DNA of 63,611 bases, the filler included, from Hyphochytrium catenoides (lineage: Eukaryota > Protista > Hyphochytriomycota): the NCBI GenBank assembly GCA_900088475.1. It is 6 parts of 6 records of this genome, joined end to end, with 100 filler letters (N's around TTAATTAATTAA, not from the genome) between each part and the next. Parts side by side here need not be neighbours in the genome. Positions count along the whole stretch, not along the records: positions 37,225 to 44,624 come from FLMG01001243.1; positions 44,725 to 54,283 come from FLMG01003483.1; 4 more parts are not named here. The stretch is one strand, 5' to 3'. The position numbers were made by a program, and so were the translations under genes. The notes below the pieces were generated by a model that saw only the letters and a list, made by a program, of their open reading frames with translations, had not been told where the DNA came from and did no database searches. Shown here piece by piece: positions 37,846-48,776 of this stretch. Every line of letters begins with the position of its first letter. The stretch's first letter is position 1.

Positions 37846-38179
37846 GAGAGAGACAGAAAAGATACAGAAAAGAAAGTAAGAGTGAAGATGCAGATAGAAG
37901 AGAAAGAAAGGGGAAGGTACTAAAGATAACGACGAGTGACGAGAGGAGTAGAAAGAGAACAGAGACAAAAAGAGAGCAGGGACAAAGAGAGAAAGAAGCA
38001 CTCAGGAAGACAGAGAGAGAGAGAGGGACCAATGAGAAAGAGAATAGGCTAGTGACACTAGATAGGGAGAGATTGAGCAAGAAGTCCCTCCTTCCCCAGA
38101 CATTGGCTCTAGCGGAGAGAGGAAGAGAGGGAGGGAGAGAGAGAGGAGAGAGAGAGAGGAGATATTGCCATCTCCCTTT

Positions 38180-39455
38180 CTAAAGGCTTCTCCGAGAAGA
38201 GGAGGAGGACGACGCAGAAAGAGAGAGACTCGTACTGGAGAGATGGTACGGAGAAGAATGAAGAGAGACTTCTCCCACTGCTGGCACAAGCTCCCCGAGT
38301 CCTTCTCCTCCAAAAGAGAGAAGAGGATCAATCTCAAAAAGTTCTTCTCCTCTCTCTTCCCTAAGCTTTCCTCCTGCAGCACTGAACCAGCGCTTATGAA
38401 CCTTGCTGACCTGCTCACACACAGTCTCCGGAGAGTCCATCCCTCCCCCAGGCGGAGAACGGACAAAAGCACACTCTTCCTCTCTCTCCACCTCTAGCAC
38501 TGCCACCGTGAGAGGAGAGAGAGAGACACGCGCGGCAGGAGGAGAAGGAGAGAGTGCGGGAGACGAGGGAGAGAGAAGAGACGCGGAAGAGAGAATGTCT
38601 GTGAAGCGCGCTTGGAGAGAAACCCCGTTGTTTACTGTGGGTTTGGCGCTATTTCCTTTGTCATCCGCATAGTTTATCATCCCGTGCTTGGCGCGATAGT
38701 TCAACTTCGCGTTACTGGCTGCGTGCTCTAGTGCCTCGCTTTGTTAGGCAATGGGGGAGAGAGAGAGAGAGAGAGAGAGAAGAATGAGAAGAGAGACACA
38801 CACAGAGAGAGAGAGAGAGAGAGAAAATCGAGGGAGAAAGGAGCGAGATGTCGAGATCTAGAGCTCAGAGAATGAGAAAGAGTATGTAGTGCAGTAGGTA
38901 TGGGTGTTTTAAGTTGGGAGAGGAAAGAAGCGAAGAAGAGACCAAAAGTTGAAAGCGTAGTAGAGAAGAGCAAAGCAGAGAGAAGAGAGAGACGGAGAGA
39001 GAGGGAGAGAGGGGGGAAAGAGAGAGACAGAGACAGAGAGAAAAAGAGACGAAGAGAGAGGTAAGAGAAGTAGACGGGGGGAGAGAGAGAGAAAGAAGAG
39101 AGAAAGAGACGGAGAGAGAGAGAGAGAGAGAGAGGGGGCAAAGAGACGGAGGGAGAGAGAGAGCGCGCGTGCCAAAAAAAAGACACACACAGAGAGAGAA
39201 AGAGTGGGCTTACAATGTGAAAATGTAGCTGTTGATGTCTCCTGGGCCGTTAGCAATCTCCTTGACCGCCTGCTCCACCTGCAGAAGCTGCTCTGTCTTC
39301 ACTTCTCTCCAGTCCACGACAGCCAATCTTCCTCCTCCTCCCTCAGCAGTGCCGGTCTCTCTCTCTACGAGGACATCGAGTGGCTCCTCTCCTCTACTTC
39401 TTGGCGCCATCTTCAGGGAGCAGTCCGCACCTACCGAGAGAGAAGAGTTTATGGT

Positions 39456-39496
<41 letters not shown>

Positions 39497-42400
39497 TAGA
39501 GTTAGACAGATAAACAGTTAAGTCGAGAGAGGGAGACAAAGGCAGAGCGCAAGAGAGAGAGGAAGGAGGAGATACAGATGGAGCAAAGAGGAGAATGACG
39601 AATGGATTTCAAAAAGAGGCTGGAAAAAAAGAGAAGAGCGGAAGCTAAGAAATGGGAAAGACAGAGAGAGAGAGAGTCAAGCTACCGCACCTCTTTCTAT
39701 ATGAAACCCTAAGAAAGCTGGGTCAGCTACTCTGCAGAGAACATTCTCTACCGTGCAGATGTGTACATATTTCGTTCCTCTCTTTCCTCCTTCTCTCTTC
39801 TTTTTCTTCATATCTTCTAACACTCTGTCATGCAGAAGCCCGTCAATGAGCCCTCCGCTGCCGAGAGAAGAGAGAGAGACACGCGATGAGGTTTCCAAAA
39901 TGATCTTTCCGCTGACCGAGAGAGAGGGGAGAGAGCCTTGAGAGAAGAAGACAACTTGTTCCTCTCTCAGATCGAAAAAATTTCTCTCGTTGAAGAACTT
40001 CCTCAGCGTCAAATCGTTCTCCGCTGTCGTCATAATGTACCACGTTATCAGAGGAGTCTCTTCTCTCTCTTCTCCTCCTACTATCCCTTGTTCTCTCTTT
40101 GCAGCCTCGGGAGAGAGAGAGAGAGAGCGGGAGAGACACTCGAGTCTTCTAATTCTGTCTGCAAAGAGATGGAAGATGCTCTTTCTAGAAGGGAGGCCGA
40201 TATTAAACATTCCAAGAGAGATGCGATAGCTCTCTAGAAACTCTTCTTGTGCAGAGAGAGTGATGACGGCGACCTCTCCTCTCCTTATCGCTTCCAGTCC
40301 TCTCTTTTCCAGTCTCTCTCTCTCTCTCTCTTCATAGCTCCTGAAGCTGTGATAAGTCCGTAATGGCTGCAGGAGAGAAATAGAAAGACGACTCTTTCTT
40401 GAGCTCTTCATTGCGTCCAAATAGTGCATTCTTAGACGCCTAAGATCCACAAGTCGGAGCTAGAGAGAGAAAGAGAGGAACAGATGAGAATAGAAACCCA
40501 TGAGAGAGAGAGAGAGAACGGGGAGGAAAGAGAGAGAGAGAGAGAAAGAGGGAGAGAGAGAAAGAAAGAGAGAGAGAAGAGAGAGGTAATTGTTGGAAGA
40601 GCCCAACAAAATGAGAGAGAAATGAAGCTTTGAAGTGCTCCCGGCGTACAGAACTCCTCTCGGCAGAAAGATAAATAAGAGAGACTAGAGAAAAGAAGAA
40701 GCAAGAAGAGGAAAGAGAGACTGAAGGAGCTATCACGTCGTACTTGAGAGACCAAAGTGTCCATCTCCTCAGGAGAGAGCAACCCAGCGTCCGCAAACTG
40801 CCCAAANNNNNNNNNNNNNNNNNNNNNNNNNNNNNNNNNNNNNNNNNNNNNNNNNNNNNNNNNNNNNNNNNNNNNNNNNNNNNNNNNNNNNNNNNNNNNN
40901 NNNNNNNNNNNNNNNNNNNNNNNNNNNNNNNNNNNNNNNNNNNNNNNNNNNNNNNAGAGGAAACAATACTGCTCCATCTATGTAATCTCTTAGTGTTTTT
41001 GACTCTTTTCTCCCTCCTTTTCCCCTCTGGGCATCGGCGTTCTCTCTGCCCTTCGCTCTTTCTTTCTCTCTCTCTCTCTCCGCCTTTCTCTTTCTCTCAT
41101 GTCTCTAAGCGTGGCCCAACCTTACCTTGAAGACATGCTGCTGGCCTGCCGCCATGTAGCGCTCTCTCAGATTCGCAGGAATCTCGGCCTGGGTTTGAGA
41201 GAAGCAGAAAGACACATCGAAAGAGAAGACACCTTCATGAGACTGCTCTTTCTCAGATAGAGAGGAAGGAGGAGGAAAGGGAGAGAGAGAGAAGAGAGAA
41301 AGAAGCAGAGCAGAAAGAGGAGGAAAGCGATTGAAGGCGTCACATTCCAGGGCAGGAATTTTCAGGACCAGGCGCTAATAAAGACCCGAAGCAAGGGCTA
41401 ACGGTCGTGATATCAAGGGTGAAAAATCGCGCACGCGAGAGAGAGCAAGAGAGAGAGAGAGCAAATAAGAGAGAGAGAGAGAGAAGAGGTGAGAGAGAAT
41501 ATGCAAAGCGAAAGATATGACGCTAAAAGGAAACCCACCGGTAAGACTCTTAGGATAAGATGGGCACCAGAATGATTGGCTCTCTTCAGCTCCAGCGCAT
41601 CGGCGCACTCATCCAGAAGCATTTCTGAATGAGGTGGAGCACGGAGCTTTCTTCTCTCTATCAGCTGAGCCAGGGCCATCAAGTGGTCAGGAGAAGAGAG
41701 AGAGAAAGAGTATAAGGCTGCCTTAATGTCTCTCTTGCTCGCATTTTGAGAGAGCACAGGCGGTGACACCAACGACACAAGGATTCCTCCATCTTTCAGC
41801 ACTCTGTAGGATCCATCATGGACTTTCTCTCCCACTGTGTCAATAACAGCATCGACGCCTCCTCTTTTCTCTCTCTCTCCTGCCTTGAGATCATCTTCTC
41901 TCTCTGCTGCATGGACGATATCTTCATAGCTCTGCCTCTGATAGTCAATGACGAGATCTGCGCCCATTCTCTTCATGATTCCTGCCTTCTCCGCCTTGTC
42001 AACGCCATAGACAAAGGCTCCTGCGGCCTTGGCAATCTGTATGAGGAAGAGTCCCATGCTGCCTCCTCCTCCCTGGATCAACAGCTTACTTCCTCTCTTC
42101 ACTCCCGCGAGAGAGAAGAGAGACGTCCAAGCCGCAGAGGCATAGAGAGGAACCGTCGCAGCTTCAGCAGAAGTCATCCAGCGAGGAACGTGCACCACTC
42201 TCTCCACAGGGACAGCGCAATACTCTGCATAACTCCCACTCTTTCTCTCTCTCTTCCCCCGTCCATCTTCCCCTTCCCCGTCCGTCTCTCTCCTGGCAAT
42301 GTCAGTTAGAAAGAGAACACGGTCATTCTCACAAAAACCGCGCACTTCGGCCCCCACTCTTGCCACCAAACCAGAGCCTTCGATGCCTGGAACTAAAGGG

Positions 42401-43212
42401 TAGCACACATCCTGCCGAGAGGAGAGAGACTCCAAGAACTGGAGAGAGAGCGAGAGAGAGAGAGAGAGAGAGAGAAAGTCGATGCGTTGCAAGAGTAGCA
42501 AGAAAAAGAGGAAGATGGAGGCAGAAGAGAGTTGGTCAGTGTACGAAGGAGAGAGACTATAGGAAGGCTCCCAGAGATGAAGAAAAGGCTGGAAGCCATA
42601 GAGAGAGATGACACAGCTATGCCAGGAACCTATAAAGAGACAGAATCCGAGCGACTCTTACTCTTTCTTCTCCTCTCTTCTCTCAGTCTCCCTGTCTTTC
42701 CTTCACGTTCTTGTTCTCCACCCTTTCTATATCTCCCCCGTCTGTCTTTCCCTCGCTTTCTCTCCCCCTTCTCGCCGTCTCTCTCTCTCTCTCTTCCTTA
42801 CTATTGCCCCTCCTCTCTCTCTCTCTCTCTCTCTCTTTTTCTGCAGCTCTCACCTGACAATCAGCTCTTGTTAAGCCGCAGAAAAGCACTTGGACCAGCA
42901 CCTCGTGGGACGAAACAGAAGGAATAGGGTACTCCTCCGTCATTTGCACCTGCGGAAGTGCCTCTCTCTCTCCTTCTGTTTCCTTCTCTCTCTTTCCTCC
43001 CTCGACCTCAGTCTTCTCTCTCTCTCCACTCTCAATATACGCAGCCTTCATTGTCTGAGAAGAGACAAACTCCATCCCTCCTACAACTCTCGGTGGCTGG
43101 CTGAAGGATGCCCGACGCTGAACTCGAGGCGTGAGATGAAAGGGAAGAGTGAACTTCTTCCCCTTCAGCTCTTCCAGTCCCTCGCCCGCGAAGGAACAGA
43201 TGGGGGAGACCT

Positions 43213-43254
<42 letters not shown>

Positions 43255-43864
43255 ACAGAAAGACATTGACTGTAAGGTAAGGCTACGAGAACGCTACGAC
43301 ACGAATCTCGGACGAGCCAATGAACGAGAAAGAGAGTGAGAGAGAGAGAATGAGAGACGGAGATCGAAGAGAAAAGGCGAGGAGAGAAGAGAGAGGACAG
43401 AGAATATGATTTATGTCTAAAGAGAAGAAGAGGGACAGGGCAGACACTAGCCACGTGGGCAATGAAGAGTTTCAATGAGGGGAAGAGTGAGAACAGGCAA
43501 ATTTTCACGGTCAGTCACTTTCTCTTGGACATAGCTCAAGAGGCGTTAAGCGAACGATGTAGAGAGAGAGAGAGAGAGGGCAAGAGAGAGAGAGAGAAGA
43601 CAGAGAGAGAGAGAGTGTGTTGCTGGTAGTATAGAGAGGGCCCCAACTCGCCTCACAGAGTCTCGAGCCCACATTCTTGGGATCCACTCCTGCGGCAATA
43701 TTGTTGAGCCACTTTGTTTGCTCCTCCTCAGTCTTCAGAGAACAATAGAGAGACCGCCCACTGGTGGTGCCACAACAGAAACCAAAGGGATAAGCAGAGC
43801 TTTCCTCGTTCCACACCTACGAAGGGAAACAAAGAGTTATTACGAAGTAAGAGAAATCGAAGGG

Positions 43865-43915
<51 letters not shown>

Positions 43916-43920
43916 CAGAC

Positions 43921-43964
<44 letters not shown>

Positions 43965-44183
43965 GAAGTAGAACTTGAAAAATAGACAGAGAGAGTAGAG
44001 ACTAGAGGTACGCCAGAGACGTGAAAAGGAGAGAAAAAGAGAGAGGCAGATAGACAGAGAGAAAGAGACGGATAGAGAGAGAGAGAGAGAGACGGACACA
44101 GAGAGAGAGAAAGAGACTGGAGAGTACCCTTATGCCAGTGAGGTGAAAGAGACACACAGAGAGAGAGAGACAGAGAGATAGAA

Positions 44184-44214
<31 letters not shown>

Positions 44215-44624
44215 GAGTGTACCTCTACGCTAGTGACAATGTATCTGGCCTTAGGTGCCTTTCCCTTCTTCCTCTCGGAAGCGTCCTGATAGTACTCATA
44301 GCTGTTCGTGATCGCATCGAAGACAGCATATCTGCTCTTCCACATCCTGGCCATAGGAGGACAGAGGGAATTGAGAAAAAGAGAGAGAGAGAGAGTGAGA
44401 GAGAGAGAGAGTAAGTCTGAGAAAGAGAGACAAAGAGAGTAGAACGGAAGAAAATGCTCTCAGACATCAGCGCAGACACTTAGAGAGTTGGGTTATTGAT
44501 GCTACGGAACTCTCAAGCAGAGTAAACGGCAAGGCAGTGACCCCACAATCTTTCTTCTCTCCCTTCTCTTCCTCTCTCCCCCTCTCTTCTGTCAGCTGCA
44601 CTCTCGCTCTCGCTTCACTGCTCG
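38180..44624 (-). CDS. 5'-truncated multidomain gene: PH domain, UAP1 C-terminal tail, MDR/quinone-oxidoreductase domain, full-length degenerate UDP-GlcNAc pyrophosphorylase domain
   Basis: Exons 44624-44480, 44346-44223, 43816-43652, 43210-42854, 42438-41539, 41188-41126, 40797-40744, 40459-39691, 39430-39214 and 38738-38180 splice in frame with no stop. PH: MWKSRYAVFD..YEYY..KTEEEQTKWLNNI. UAP tail: LCE|VSPICSFAGEGLEELKGKKF. MDR: MKAA..EVLVQV..YPLVPGIEGSG..LIQGGGGSMGLFLIQIAKAAGA..VDAVIDTVG. UAP-like domain: AGQQHVF..IGLPSRKSIF..WYIMTT..VADPAFLGF..EIDPLLSFGGEGL. Confidence 0.8.
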
Positions 44625-44724
44625 NNNNNNNNNNNNNNNNNNNNNNNNNNNNNNNNNNNNNNNNNNNNTTAATTAATTAANNNNNNNNNNNNNNNNNNNN
44701 NNNNNNNNNNNNNNNNNNNNNNNN
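44625..44724. other. Artificial contig-joining spacer
   Basis: N44-TTAATTAATTAA-N44. Confidence 0.97.
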
Positions 44725-45198
44725 CGTGCTGTTGAACTTCTTCCCCATGTAGTCAATGAAAGACTCAGGGATATAATGTACCACCAAGCGCACGGTTCCT
44801 CCGGTCTTTCCTTGATTGCTCGTCATTTGGACTGTGTACTCTTGGATCCAGGGCTTGTCTAACCTCGTGTTGGCGTCAAAATTGAGCACGCCGCCGCCTA
44901 AGTGATCATCCTTGCTGACATCATCGTCCATCAGGTCCACGTACAGTGCCTGGACGGTGTCCTTTACCGGGAGACAGAGTTTCTCGTTCCAAATGGGACT
45001 GCTGCCAGGCATTACCTGGGTCCGAAGGCAAGTCTCGTCCCAGGTGGTGTTCTTATGAAGATCTTTCTTGTTGTTGAGCGCGATGACGACGTAGTTGTCG
45101 TTCTGCCCCATGAGATCAGACTTTGGCACGTCTGCGGCGAAGAGCACGGTGACGTTAAGAATGCCCTTCAGGCGTTGTGCACCCGACTGTGTTGCCAT
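44725..45198 (-). CDS. C2-domain protein, 3'-truncated at the contig edge
   Basis: GILNVTVLFAADVPKSDLMGQNDNYV..RTQV..SPIWNEKL..LYVDLMDDDVSKDDHLG is a canonical C2 with its Ca-binding aspartates retained. Confidence 0.9.
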
Positions 45199-47291
45199 GA
45201 CTGTCTCTTGAACTCTTTCACGTCTCTTTTGCCTCTGGGCCAGAGCAATAACGGCGATGATGTTGATTCTTCGTCCTTTCTGCTAGCGGCTTGGAACTTT
45301 GGAAATGGACCTCCCGTACCGGCGGCCAAGGTTGCATCTTTTGATCGCTTGGACTTTATCATCGTCATGCTGGCGCAGGAAGGAAGCAGCCCTACAACCC
45401 ATGACAGTGGAAGAAGAGGGAACAGCATGCAGGAAGGGAGGATCAGCACAATTGTACAACTGGCAAGAGAGAGAAGAGAGAGGGAGAGAGAGAGNNNNNN
45501 NNNNNNNNNNNNNNNNNNNNNNNNNNNNNNNNNNNNNNNNNNNNNNNNNNNNNNNNNNNNNNNNNNNNNNNNNNNNNNNNNNNNNNNNNNNNNNNGAGAG
45601 AGAGAGAGCGGCCAAAGAGAGCGAGAGCGAGTGAGAAAGAAAGACAAACAGAGAAACAGAGACAGAGAGAGAGAGAGGGGGGGAGAGAGAGAAGGAGAGA
45701 GACAGAGAGACAGAGAGAGAGAGAGAGTGTGAGGGGAGGAGACTAGAAGAAGGTGCCTCAAGTGTCAGAAGCGATGGCCAAACCTAAACACTCTGCCCAC
45801 ACAAGATCGCTCCACCTTCAGAACACGGAATATTATCAGATTCAAGGCATCTCCCATACAACGGAAACCTTTCCCTTCCGCCGTGTACCAAAAGCGCCTC
45901 CGGCTAACGTTCAGACAGTACTTGAAGTGTCCAAGACGAAAGATCTTTTGTAGACGTCTCTCCTGGGGAATACTGAAGTCTGATTCTGAGCTTCTGAGCT
46001 TCTGCGGAGACACTCAAGCAGTTGCTCCTGACTGCCTGCTGCTGCTGAGCTTCTGGCTGCTGCTGCTGAGCTGCTGGCTGCTGCTGGCTGCTGAGCTTCT
46101 GGTTGCTGCTGAGCTGCTAGCTGCTGATGATGAAGTTCCTCATCTACTGAAGAAGGAGCGTCATTCAGTTCGTCAGAGTGAAGACTGCAATGGCTGTTGC
46201 CCTCCTTCTCCCTCCATCACTGCTGCAAGAGCGGTCGATGCTGATGAAGGAGAAGAACTGACGTTATTGGCTCTGACCGGCAACGGTTTGCTCCATCGAG
46301 CACCGAGTGTCGCGGCCAAGCTTAAGACTGTGATTCCGATTTCTTGTCGCAGATGACCATGAGTTGTTACTCTTGGCTAGGAGAGATCTGCACCTGGAGG
46401 TGCATATTATAAGACCTCAGTAGAGGTTCTTCACCCAAACAATAGGATCGTCTTTCAGTGAGAGGACTAAGGGGCTTCAGAGACGCAGAGTTAGCAGCTG
46501 CTCAAGACACTTGAGTGAGACAGAATTCATAGAGAGAAAGAACTATTCTAATGCGTGAAACATTAGGATTTGCAGCAGACGGCAGGAGCAAGAAGAAGCT
46601 GTAATCCTGAATTAAGCAATATGAGGCAAACCAGCGTTGCTGTTGGTCTAGGAAGTGCTCTCTGACCCTGGCGTCTCAATGAATCTGTTATAAAGATACC
46701 GTTATTTGGCAGCAGGATAAGCCGTCCCTTCTGCTCTATCTCCTTCAGTCTTTCAGTTGTAGCCTCATTAAGGCTCTATGATAGCCGGAGCATCGACATA
46801 CCTCTTACGAGCTTCTCTTTCATCTTGGCGGTAGTTGCCATAAATCTGTAGATCCTCTGGAAATATTGTTTCCAGCGTGATCCTTATTAAGTCTCTTCCA
46901 TCCATTGACTAGGTGCAGATGTGTGCGTGGCTTCCTATTATGTGTTTCTTTATCCCTTTCCCCATCGGTGTGCATCGGTAGGACCTTGCGTGGTCCTCAA
47001 GCTGCTGCTGTCCTCTCGATTGCTCTTAGTTCTATTGTGACCACCTGTGTAAACGCTGCGGCCGTAAGTAAAGCGTGTAAAAGCTGTTAAATTCCATCAC
47101 ACACCTGTAAATCTTACTCTTACCATCATCGCAGGCAATGCAGTCAGCACTCACTATTATATAATTTCCGCATTAGTGAGCTACCTCTGCTTGACAAATG
47201 GAGGCATAAAGCTAAGCCCTCCGTAGGTTGAAGGAGTAAGAAGAAATGCTGAGAGGAAACAAAAAGCAAAGGAGATCATTTACTACTCTCA

Positions 47292-48776
47292 TTAGAAGGC
47301 GTCCCTGTTATTCAAAGTGATGGTAACATTTCTCTGGCTGTACTCTATCAAGGTAGAGAACTCGCCTATCTTTAGGCCAATGGAAGCTTCCAAATCGACA
47401 TTCCCCTCGCCTTTCTCCATCATCGCCAACATTCCCTGCAACGTCCCGGGCCCCAAGAAAACGTCACCCTGCAGCAACGGAGACATCACCGTCGACATCG
47501 CTGATATAGGAATAGTCAATTTGTCCGAAAACTTCCATATTGACTTGCCGTCCAAATAGGTAGTGCAGTTCAAGTACGTGACGACTAGCTCGGCGTCTAG
47601 CCAGTTGTACATGCTAATGTACATGGGTCCCTTTAGTAGGTTGGCAAGGGACACATGAAGCTTCATCTCAGATATAAGATTCTCTCTTGCCCCGGGTATT
47701 GACGTTGCCATCTTGAGGGTGGCTAGGGATGGAGAAAGCCATGACACTTCCTCTTCGAGAGCGAAACCAGTCAGTGTTACAGGCATCCCTTTTCCATTAA
47801 AGTAGCTCGAGAGCATGTCGTTGATCACATTCTTTCCCTGCTGGTCGCTACCTGCCAACCTAATGTCAGGCTCAAGGGTGACCTCTCCGTTCGCTGGCAG
47901 CTTGAAGTCATGTAGTGTGCCCATTCCAACCTCTACCAGATCCTTATAGAGCACCTTGAAGGTCAAACTCTGCCCCAGGATGAGCTCAATGTTAGAAGAT
48001 GAGGATACGACGGCAGAAGCTTTCAAATGTAAGTTGCCTTCTTGATCTCCCTTCAAGCCCATGAGAGTCTCATTGACTGCAAGTGGGTTGCGGAAACTGT
48101 TATAGCCCTTCATTTCCACAACGTTGTCCATGGTTAGCTCGGTAGAGCTTGAAGAGGCTTTCAGTGTGGCACTGCCATGCATTCTCAATTCCATCACAGC
48201 TGCTTTTAGCAGAAATGGACAAAATTCTGCGAGAGACTCGGGAGAGGTGACCATAGCAGTAGCGTAGAATGCACTGGCTCTGCCGTCTGCAGAGACGTTA
48301 AAAGACTTTGCACTGCCGAGTTTGAGAAGACCTTTCCCGCTCCAATCCAGCTGAAAATCATCTTCTGCAAGAATCTCAGCAGAACGGATAGGTAAGGGTG
48401 TATGGAAGCGCTGGAGAAGCGCTATCTCAAAGTTGGTTTCTTTTGGATTAATGATCCGTGCAGAGGTAAGTTCAATGTCTGAAGTAGCCATAACCGCAGC
48501 TGCTGCTTCCAAGTCGTCGAAGGTAGTGGTGGTCTCAGGGGGGGATTGCTGCCCCTTGTTTGACGGAAGGATAGCGAGGAATACGACTAAGACTATCACG
48601 ATAAGGGCAATAAGCACAATACCGACGGCAAGGATAAGATAACTTTTTCGTCGTCTCCTCTTGTCCTGGCTCTTGAGGCCCCAGCAATCGCGTTCCTGCC
48701 CCTCTTGTTCTGCGACAAGGGCGCTGTTGAGCTTCAGAGAATCATCATTGGACTGCGCCATTATGCTGCCTTTCAA
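47292..48776 (-). CDS. Intronless type II membrane protein with DUF3712/LEA2-like beta-sandwich repeats
   Basis: Basic KRRRRK precedes a long TM helix, followed by beta-rich repeats (SNIELILGQSLTFKVLYKD..VGMGTL; MYNWLDAELVVTYLNCTTYLDG). Family assigned by pattern only. Confidence 0.7.
   Translation of the reverse strand: MKGSIMAQSNDDSLKLNSALVAEQEGQERDCWGLKSQDKRRRRKSYLILAVGIVLIALIVIVLVVFLAILPSNKGQQSPPETTTTFDDLEAAAAVMATSDIELTSARIINPKETNFEIALLQRFHTPLPIRSAEILAEDDFQLDWSGKGLLKLGSAKSFNVSADGRASAFYATAMVTSPESLAEFCPFLLKAAVMELRMHGSATLKASSSSTELTMDNVVEMKGYNSFRNPLAVNETLMGLKGDQEGNLHLKASAVVSSSSNIELILGQSLTFKVLYKDLVEVGMGTLHDFKLPANGEVTLEPDIRLAGSDQQGKNVINDMLSSYFNGKGMPVTLTGFALEEEVSWLSPSLATLKMATSIPGARENLISEMKLHVSLANLLKGPMYISMYNWLDAELVVTYLNCTTYLDGKSIWKFSDKLTIPISAMSTVMSPLLQGDVFLGPGTLQGMLAMMEKGEGNVDLEASIGLKIGEFSTLIEYSQRNVTITLNNRDAF

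Noticed and set aside
44480-45198. C2 domain as the N-terminus of the PH-UAP-MDR fusion (same strand, adjacent)
   Set aside because: The two are separated by an artificial spacer and lie on different contigs.
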